From: Auanema rhodensis
Lineage: Eukaryota > Animalia > Nematoda
Reading direction: 5' to 3'
Assembly (NCBI GenBank): GCA_964057225.1
Contig: OZ059897.1
Span: forward strand, 4,588,001 to 4,652,000
DNA: 64,000 bases
Shown here piece after piece: positions 53,858 through 64,000 of this stretch (its first letter is position 1; every line of letters begins with the position of its first letter). The notes under the pieces were generated by a model. That model made no database searches. It was not told the DNA's origin and saw only the letters and a program-made list of their open reading frames with translations. The position numbers and the translations under genes were made by a program.

Positions 53858-56800
53858 CTACTTTTTGTGAAATTATTTAGAAATTTTTCGGGAAAATTTT
53901 TGTCACAATGTTTTTGGAAGCAATGTTGAGTGTACATGGGAACTCAGCATACACTAATGCATTATTTTTCAAACGATCATAACTAATTTTTGTATAGAGC
54001 GTTTCTCAATGTAGTATAGTGCATTCGATGCGGATTTTTAAGCTGCGTCGATCTGTGTTATCAGATTTGAGTTAGCTTAAAAATGCACCGAGATATCAAC
54101 TGATATATGTTCACACTTATATCCTCGATTTTCACTCTGAAGAAATGATTTTTTCGTTGAAAAACATTGTCCATCGTATTCGTCTTGAAAAAAAGAATCT
54201 AAAAACATCTACTTTTTGTGAAATTATTCAGAAATTTTTCGGGAAAATTTTTGTCAAAATGTTTTTGGAAGCAATGTTGAGTGTACATGGGAACTCAACA
54301 TACACTAATGCATTATTTTTCAAACGATCATAACTAATTTTTGTATGGAGCGTTTCTCAATGTAGTATAGTGCATTCGATGCGGATTTTTAAGCTGCGTT
54401 GATCTGTGTTATCAGATTTGAGTTAGCTTGAAAATGCACCGAGATATCAACTGATATATGTTCACACTTATATCCTCGATTTTCACCCTGAAGAAATGAT
54501 TTTTTCGTTGAAAAACATTGTCCATCGTATTCGTCTTGAAAAAAGGAATCTAAAAACATCTACTTTTTGTGAAATTATTTAGAAATTTTTCGGGAAAATT
54601 TTTGTCACAATGTTTTTGGAAGCAATGTTGAGTGTACATGGGAACTCAGCATACACTAATGCATTATTTTTCAAACGATCATAACTAATTTTTGTATAGA
54701 GCGTTTCTCAATGTAGTATAGTGCATTCGATGCGGATTTTTGAGCTGCGTTGATCTGTGTTATCAGATTTGCGCTAGCTTAAAAATGCACCGAGTAATCA
54801 ACTGATATAGGTTCACACTTATATCCTCGATTTTCACCCTGAAGAATTAATTTTTTCGTTGAATAACATTGTCCATCGTCTTTGCCTTGAGAAAAGAAAT
54901 CTAAAAACTCCTACTTTTTGTGAAATTATTTAGAAATTTTTCGGGAAAATTTTTGTCACAATGTTTTTGGAAGCAATGTTGAGTGTACATGGGAACTCAG
55001 CATACACTAATGCATTATTTTTCAAACGATCATAACTAATTTTTGTATAGAGCGTTTCTCAATGTAGTATAGTGCATTCGATGCGGATTTTTGAGTTGCG
55101 TTGATCTGTGTTATCAGATTTGCGCTAGCTTAAAAATGCACCGAGTAATCAACTGATATATGTTCACACTTATATCCTCGATTTTCACCCTGAAGAAATG
55201 ATTTTTTCGTTGAAAAATATTGTCCATCGTATTCGTCTTGAAAAAAGGAATCTAAAAACATCTACTTTTTGTGAAATTATTTAGAAATTTTTCGGGAAAA
55301 TTTTTGTCACAATGTTTTTGGAAGCAATGTTGAGTGTACATGGGAACTCAGCATACACTAATGCATTATTTTTCAAACGATCATAACTAATTTTTGTATA
55401 GAGCGTTTCTCAATGTAGTATAGTGCATTCGATGCGGATTTTTAAGCTGCGTCGATCTGTGTTATCAGATTTGAGTTAGCTTAAAAATGCACCGAGATAT
55501 CAACTGATATATGTTCACACTTATATCCTCGATTTTCACCCTGAAGAAATGATTTTTTCGTTGAAAAACATTGTCCATCGTATTCGTCTTGAAAAAAGGA
55601 ATCTAAAAACATCTACTTTTTGTGAAATTATTTAGAAATTTTTCGGGAAAATTTTTGTCACAATGTTTTTGGAAGCAATGTTGAGTGTACATGGGAACTC
55701 AGCATACACTAATGCATTATTTTTTAAACGATCATAACTAATTTTTGTATGGAGCGTTTCTCAATGTAGTATAGTGCATTCGATGCGGATTTTTAAGCTG
55801 CGTTGATCTGTGTTATCAGATTTGCGCTAGCTTAAAAATGCACCGAGTAATCAACTGATATAGGTTCACACTTATATCCTCGATTTTCACCCTGAAGAAT
55901 TAATTTTTTCGTTGAAAAACATTGTCCATCGTATTCGTCTTGAAAAAAGGAATCTAAAAACATCTACTTTTTGTGAAATTATTTAGAAATTTTTCGGGAA
56001 AATTTTTGTCACAATGTTTTTGGAAGCAATGTTGAGTGTACATGGGAACTCAGCATACACTAATGCATTATTTTTCAAACGATCATAACTGATTTTTGTA
56101 TAGAGCGTTTCTCAATGTAGTATAGTGCATTCGATGCGGATTTTTAAGCTGCGTCGATCTGTGTTATCAGATTTGAGTTAGCTTAAAAATGCACCGAGAT
56201 ATCAACTGATATATGTTCACACTTATATCCTCGATTTTCACCCTGAAGAAATGATTTTTTCGTTGAAAAACATTGTCCATCGTATTCGTCTTGAAAAAAA
56301 GAATCTAAAAACATCTACTTTTTGTGAAATTATTCAGAAATTTTTCGGGAAAATTTTTGTCAAAATGTTTTTGGAAGCAATGTTGAGTGTACATGGGAAC
56401 TCAACATACACTAATGCATTATTTTTCAAACGATCATAACTAATTTTTGTATGGAGCGTTTCTCAATGTAGTATAGTGCATTCGATGCGGATTTTTGAGC
56501 TGCGTTGATCTGTGTTATCAGATTTGCGCTAGCTTAAAAATGCACCGAGTAATCAACTGATATAGGTTCACACTTATATCCTCGATTTTCACCCTGAAGA
56601 ATTAATTTTTTCGTTGAATAACATTGTCCATCGTCTTTGCCTTGAGAAAAGAAATCTAAAAACTCCTACTTTTTGTGAAATTATTTAGAAATTTTTCGGG
56701 AAAATTTTTGTCACAATGTTTTTGGAAGCAATGTTGAGTGTACATGGGAACTCAGCATACACTAATGCATTATTTTTCAAACGATCATAACTAATTTTTG

Positions 56801-59800
56801 TATAGAGCGTTTCTCAATGTAGTATAGTGCATTCGATGCGGATTTTTGAGTTGCGTTGATCTGTGTTATCAGATTTGCGCTAGCTTAAAAATGCACCGAG
56901 TAATCAACTGATATATGTTCACACTTATATCCTCGATTTTCACCCTGAAGAAATGATTTTTTCGTTGAAAAATATTGTCCATCGTATTCGTCTTGAAAAA
57001 AGGAATCTAAAAACATCTACTTTTTGTGAAATTATTTAGAAATTTTTCGGGAAAATTTTTGTCACAATGTTTTTGGAAGCAATGTTGAGTGTACATGGGA
57101 ACTCAGCATACACTAATGCATTATTTTTCAAACGATCATAACTAATTTTTGTATAGAGCGTTTCTCAATGTAGTATAGTGCATTCGATGCGGATTTTTAA
57201 GCTGCGTCGATCTGTGTTATCAGATTTGAGTTAGCTTAAAAATGCACCGAGATATCAACTGATATATGTTCACACTTATATCCTCGATTTTCACCCTGAA
57301 GAAATGATTTTTTCGTTGAAAAACATTGTCCATCGTATTCGTCTTGAAAAAAGGAATCTAAAAACATCTACTTTTTGTGAAATTATTTAGAAATTTTTCG
57401 GGAAAATTTTTGTCACAATGTTTTTGGAAGCAATGTTGAGTGTACATGGGAACTCAGCATACACTAATGCATTATTTTTTAAACGATCATAACTAATTTT
57501 TGTATGGAGCGTTTCTCAATGTAGTATAGTGCATTCGATGCGGATTTTTAAGCTGCGTTGATCTGTGTTATCAGATTTGCGCTAGCTTAAAAATGCACCG
57601 AGTAATCAACTGATATAGGTTCACACTTATATCCTCGATTTTCACCCTGAAGAATTAATTTTTTCGTTGAAAAACATTGTCCATCGTATTCGTCTTGAAA
57701 AAAGGAATCTAAAAACATCTACTTTTTGTGAAATTATTTAGAAATTTTTCGGGAAAATTTTTGTCACAATGTTTTTGGAAGCAATGTTGAGTGTACATGG
57801 GAACTCAGCATACACTAATGCATTATTTTTCAAACGATCATAACTGATTTTTGTATAGAGCGTTTCTCAATGTAGTATAGTGCATTCGATGCGGATTTTT
57901 AAGCTGCGTCGATCTGTGTTATCAGATTTGAGTTAGCTTAAAAATGCACCGAGATATCAACTGATATATGTTCACACTTATATCCTCGATTTTCACCCTG
58001 AAGAAATGATTTTTTCGTTGAAAAACATTGTCCATCGTATTCGTCTTGAAAAAAAGAATCTAAAAACATCTACTTTTTGTGAAATTATTCAGAAATTTTT
58101 CGGGAAAATTTTTGTCAAAATGTTTTTGGAAGCAATGTTGAGTGTACATGGGAACTCAACATACACTAATGCATTATTTTTCAAACGATCATAACTAATT
58201 TTTGTATGGAGCGTTTCTCAATGTAGTATAGTGCATTCGATGCGGATTTTTGAGCTGCGTTGATCTGTGTTATCAGATTTGCGCTAGCTTAAAAATGCAC
58301 CGAGTAATCAACTGATATAGGTTCACACTTATATCCTCGATTTTCACCCTGAAGAATTAATTTTTTCGTTGAATAACATTGTCCATCGTCTTTGCCTTGA
58401 GAAAAGAAATTTAAAAACTCCTACTTTTTGTGAAATTATTTAGAAATTTTTCGGGAAAATTTTTGTCACAATGTTTTTGGAAGCAATGTTGAGTGTACAT
58501 GGGAACTCAGCATACACTAATGCATTATTTTTCAAACGATCATAACTAATTTTTGTATAGAGCGTTTCTCAATGTAGTATAGTGCATTCGATGCGGATTT
58601 TTAAGCTGCGTCGATCTGTGTTATCAGATTTGAGTTAGCTTAAAAATGCACCGAGATATCAACTGATATATGTTCACACTTATATCCTCGATTTTCACTC
58701 TGAAGAAATGATTTTTTCGTTGAAAAACATTGTCCATCGTATTCGTCTTGAAAAAAAGAATCTAAAAACATCTACTTTTTGTGAAATTATTCAGAAATTT
58801 TTCGGGAAAATTTTTGTCAAAATGTTTTTGGAAGCAATGTTGAGTGTACATGGGAACTCAACATACACTAATGCATTATTTTTCAAACGATCATAACTAA
58901 TTTTTGTATGGAGCGTTTCTCAATGTAGTATAGTGCATTCGATGCGGATTTTTAAGCTGCGTTGATCTGTGTTATCAGATTTGAGTTAGCTTGAAAATGC
59001 ACCGAGATATCAACTGATATATGTTCACACTTATATCCTCGATTTTCACCCTGAAGAAATGATTTTTTCGTTGAAAAACATTGTCCATCGTATTCGTCTT
59101 GAAAAAAGGAATCTAAAAACATCTACTTTTTGTGAAATTATTTAGAAATTTTTCGGGAAAATTTTTGTCACAATGTTTTTGGAAGCAATGTTGAGTGTAC
59201 ATGGGAACTCAGCATACACTAATGCATTATTTTTCAAACGATCATAACTAATTTTTGTATAGAGCGTTTCTCAATGTAGTATAGTGCATTCGATGCGGAT
59301 TTTTGAGCTGCGTTGATCTGTGTTATCAGATTTGCGCTAGCTTAAAAATGCACCGAGTAATCAACTGATATAGGTTCACACTTATATCCTCGATTTTCAC
59401 CCTGAAGAATTAATTTTTTCGTTGAATAACATTGTCCATCGTCTTTGCCTTGAGAAAAGAAATCTAAAAACTCCTACTTTTTGTGAAATTATTTAGAAAT
59501 TTTTCGGGAAAATTTTTGTCACAATGTTTTTGGAAGCAATGTTGAGTGTACATGGGAACTCAGCATACACTAATGCATTATTTTTCAAACGATCATAACT
59601 AATTTTTGTATAGAGCGTTTCTCAATGTAGTATAGTGCATTCGATGCGGATTTTTGAGTTGCGTTGATCTGTGTTATCAGATTTGCGCTAGCTTAAAAAT
59701 GCACCGAGTAATCAACTGATATATGTTCACACTTATATCCTCGATTTTCACCCTGAAGAAATGATTTTTTCGTTGAAAAATATTGTCCATCGTATTCGTC

Positions 59801-62800
59801 TTGAAAAAAGGAATCTAAAAACATCTACTTTTTGTGAAATTATTTAGAAATTTTTCGGGAAAATTTTTGTCACAATGTTTTTGGAAGCAATGTTGAGTGT
59901 ACATGGGAACTCAGCATACACTAATGCATTATTTTTCAAACGATCATAACTAATTTTTGTATAGAGCGTTTCTCAATGTAGTATAGTGCATTCGATGCGG
60001 ATTTTTAAGCTGCGTCGATCTGTGTTATCAGATTTGAGTTAGCTTAAAAATGCACCGAGATATCAACTGATATATGTTCACACTTATATCCTCGATTTTC
60101 ACCCTGAAGAAATGATTTTTTCGTTGAAAAACATTGTCCATCGTATTCGTCTTGAAAAAAGGAATCTAAAAACATCTACTTTTTGTGAAATTATTTAGAA
60201 ATTTTTCGGGAAAATTTTTGTCACAATGTTTTTGGAAGCAATGTTGAGTGTACATGGGAACTCAGCATACACTAATGCATTATTTTTTAAACGATCATAA
60301 CTAATTTTTGTATGGAGCGTTTCTCAATGTAGTATAGTGCATTCGATGCGGATTTTTAAGCTGCGTTGATCTGTGTTATCAGATTTGCGCTAGCTTAAAA
60401 ATGCACCGAGTAATCAACTGATATAGGTTCACACTTATATCCTCGATTTTCACCCTGAAGAATTAATTTTTTCGTTGAAAAACATTGTCCATCGTATTCG
60501 TCTTGAAAAAAGGAATCTAAAAACATCTACTTTTTGTGAAATTATTTAGAAATTTTTCGGGAAAATTTTTGTCACAATGTTTTTGGAAGCAATGTTGAGT
60601 GTACATGGGAACTCAGCATACACTAATGCATTATTTTTCAAACGATCATAACTGATTTTTGTATAGAGCGTTTCTCAATGTAGTATAGTGCATTCGATGC
60701 GGATTTTTAAGCTGCGTCGATCTGTGTTATCAGATTTGAGTTAGCTTAAAAATGCACCGAGATATCAACTGATATATGTTCACACTTATATCCTCGATTT
60801 TCACCCTGAAGAAATGATTTTTTCGTTGAAAAACATTGTCCATCGTATTCGTCTTGAAAAAAAGAATCTAAAAACATCTACTTTTTGTGAAATTATTCAG
60901 AAATTTTTCGGGAAAATTTTTGTCAAAATGTTTTTGGAAGCAATGTTGAGTGTACATGGGAACTCAACATACACTAATGCATTATTTTTCAAACGATCAT
61001 AACTAATTTTTGTATGGAGCGTTTCTCAATGTAGTATAGTGCATTCGATGCGGATTTTTGAGCTGCGTTGATCTGTGTTATCAGATTTGCGCTAGCTTAA
61101 AAATGCACCGAGTAATCAACTGATATAGGTTCACACTTATATCCTCGATTTTCACCCTGAAGAATTAATTTTTTCGTTGAATAACATTGTCCATCGTCTT
61201 TGCCTTGAGAAAAGAAATCTAAAAACTCCTACTTTTTGTGAAATTATTTAGAAATTTTTCGGGAAAATTTTTGTCACAATGTTTTTGGAAGCAATGTTGA
61301 GTGTACATGGGAACTCAGCATACACTAATGCATTATTTTTCAAACGATCATAACTAATTTTTGTATAGAGCGTTTCTCAATGTAGTATAGTGCATTCGAT
61401 GCGGATTTTTGAGTTGCGTTGATCTGTGTTATCAGATTTGCGCTAGCTTAAAAATGCACCGAGTAATCAACTGATATATGTTCACACTTATATCCTCGAT
61501 TTTCACCCTGAAGAAATGATTTTTTCGTTGAAAAATATTGTCCATCGTATTCGTCTTGAAAAAAGGAATCTAAAAACATCTACTTTTTGTGAAATTATTT
61601 AGAAATTTTTCGGGAAAATTTTTGTCACAATGTTTTTGGAAGCAATGTTGAGTGTACATGGGAACTCAGCATACACTAATGCATTATTTTTCAAACGATC
61701 ATAACTAATTTTTGTATAGAGCGTTTCTCAATGTAGTATAGTGCATTCGATGCGGATTTTTAAGCTGCGTCGATCTGTGTTATCAGATTTGAGTTAGCTT
61801 AAAAATGCACCGAGATATCAACTGATATATGTTCACACTTATATCCTCGATTTTCACCCTGAAGAAATGATTTTTTCGTTGAAAAACATTGTCCATCGTA
61901 TTCGTCTTGAAAAAAGGAATCTAAAAACATCTACTTTTTGTGAAATTATTTAGAAATTTTTCGGGAAAATTTTTGTCACAATGTTTTTGGAAGCAATGTT
62001 GAGTGTACATGGGAACTCAGCATACACTAATGCATTATTTTTTAAACGATCATAACTAATTTTTGTATGGAGCGTTTCTCAATGTAGTATAGTGCATTCG
62101 ATGCGGATTTTTAAGCTGCGTTGATCTGTGTTATCAGATTTGCGCTAGCTTAAAAATGCACCGAGTAATCAACTGATATAGGTTCACACTTATATCCTCG
62201 ATTTTCACCCTGAAGAATTAATTTTTTCGTTGAAAAACATTGTCCATCGTATTCGTCTTGAAAAAAGGAATCTAAAAACATCTACTTTTTGTGAAATTAT
62301 TTAGAAATTTTTCGGGAAAATTTTTGTCACAATGTTTTTGGAAGCAATGTTGAGTGTACATGGGAACTCAGCATACACTAATGCATTATTTTTCAAACGA
62401 TCATAACTGATTTTTGTATAGAGCGTTTCTCAATGTAGTATAGTGCATTCGATGCGGATTTTTAAGCTGCGTCGATCTGTGTTATCAGATTTGAGTTAGC
62501 TTAAAAATGCACCGAGATATCAACTGATATATGTTCACACTTATATCCTCGATTTTCACCCTGAAGAAATGATTTTTTCGTTGAAAAACATTGTCCATCG
62601 TATTCGTCTTGAAAAAAAGAATCTAAAAACATCTACTTTTTGTGAAATTATTCAGAAATTTTTCGGGAAAATTTTTGTCAAAATGTTTTTGGAAGCAATG
62701 TTGAGTGTACATGGGAACTCAACATACACTAATGCATTATTTTTCAAACGATCATAACTAATTTTTGTATGGAGCGTTTCTCAATGTAGTATAGTGCATT

Positions 62801-63117
62801 CGATGCGGATTTTTGAGCTGCGTTGATCTGTGTTATCAGATTTGCGCTAGCTTAAAAATGCACCGAGTAATCAACTGATATAGGTTCACACTTATATCCT
62901 CGATTTTCACCCTGAAGAATTAATTTTTTCGTTGAATAACATTGTCCATCGTCTTTGCCTTGAGAAAAGAAATTTAAAAACTCCTACTTTTTGTGAAATT
63001 ATTTAGAAATTTTTCGGGAAAATTTTTGTCACAATGTTTTTGGAAGCAATGTTGAGTGTACATGGGAACTCAGCATACACTAATGCATTATTTTTCAAAC
63101 GATCATAACTAATTTTT
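53858..63117 (-). repeat. Higher-order repeat: 13-monomer (4563-bp) unit, about 2 copies
   Basis: Rare variants recur exactly 4563 bp apart: TTCACTCTG 54136/58699, ACTGATT 56091/60654 and 57846/62409, GAAATTTAAAA 58411/62974. ORF pairs 54145/58708, 56251/60814 and 58006/62569 have the same spacing. Bounds are the nearest diagnostic mismatches read by eye. Confidence 0.9.
54700..58410 (-). repeat. Nested 5-monomer (1755-bp) duplication inside the 13-mer
   Basis: Variant pairs lie 1755 bp apart: 55218/56973 (AATATTG), 55725/57480 (TTTTTTAAACG) and 56091/57846 (ACTGATT). Confidence 0.85.
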
Positions 63118-64000
63118 AAATAGAGCGTTTCTTAATGTAGTATAGTGCATTCGATGCGGATTTTTGAGCTGCGTTGATCTGTGTTATCAGATTTGCGCTA
63201 GCTTAAAAATGCACCGAGTAATCAACTGATATATGTTCACACTTATATCCTCGATTTTCACCCTGAAGAAATGATTTTTTCGTTGAAAAACATTGTCCAT
63301 CGTATTCGTCTTGAAAAAAAGAATCTAAAAACATCTACTTTTTGTGAAATTATTTAGAAATTTTTCGGGAAAATTTTTGTCACAATGTTTTTGGAAGCAA
63401 TGTTGAGTGTACATGGGAACTCAGCATACACTAATGCATTATTTTTCAAACGATCATAACTAATTTTTAAATAGAGCGTTTCTCAATGTAGTATAGTGCA
63501 TTCGATGCGGATTTTTGAGCTGCGTTGATCTGTGTTATCAGATTTGAGTTAGCTTAAAAATGCACCGAGATATCAACTGATATATGTTCACACTTATATC
63601 CTCGATTTTCACCCTGAAGAAATGATTTTTTCGTTGAAAAACATTGTCCATCGTCTTTGCCTTGAGAAAAGAAATTTAAAAACTCCTACTTTTTGTGAAA
63701 TTATTTAGAAATTTTTCGGGAAAATTTTTGTCACAATGTTTTTGGAAGCAATGTTGAGTGTACATGGGAACTCAGCATACATTAATGCATTATTTTTCAA
63801 ACGATCATAACTAATTTTTAAATAGAGCGTTTCTTAATGTAGTATAGTGCATTCGATGCGGATTTTTGAGCTGCGTTGATCTGTGTTATCAGATTTGCGC
63901 TAGCTTAAAAATGCACCGAGTAATCAACTGATATATGTTCACACTTATATCCTCGATTTTCACCCTGAAGAAATGATTTTTTCGTTGAAAAACATTGTCC

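Larger units (their letters stand above)
51033..64000 (-). repeat. Same 351-bp satellite in reverse-complement orientation (229-bp partial + 36 full monomers + 103 bp; runs off the window end)
   Basis: From 51033 the sequence is the reverse complement of the monomer (51033 = monomer position 229, 51261 = position 1). The monomer ORF flips from the - to the + strand, and all spacings are exact multiples of 351. Confidence 0.99.

Noticed and set aside
1-64000. CRISPR array or other prokaryotic repeat system
   Set aside because: There are no unique spacers (the whole 351 bp repeats) and no cas or other genes.

Overview
The whole 64 kb window is one AT-rich (about 31% GC) tandem satellite array with a 351-bp monomer, typical of eukaryotic centromeric or pericentromeric heterochromatin. 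I cannot assign a species or a named satellite family. No credible protein-coding gene, RNA gene, transposon or CRISPR array is present; the repeated 62/63-aa ORFs are chance frames inside the monomer. There are 145 full monomers plus 129 bp in one orientation (1-51024). The array then switches strand across an 8-nt junction insert (51025-51032) and continues in reverse complement (229 bp + 36 monomers + 103 bp, 51033-64000). Monomers fall into two haplotypes (A and B, about 21 linked differences, about 6%) plus A/B recombinants. They are arranged in local, shifting higher-order repeats of 2, 3, 5, 9/11 and 13 monomers. The most notable structure is the inversion point. Rare variants are mirrored in exact register on both sides for about 1.4 kb, the insert looks templated, and the break lies at the tip of a monomer hairpin, together forming a multi-kb quasi-palindrome with a 108-bp spacer.
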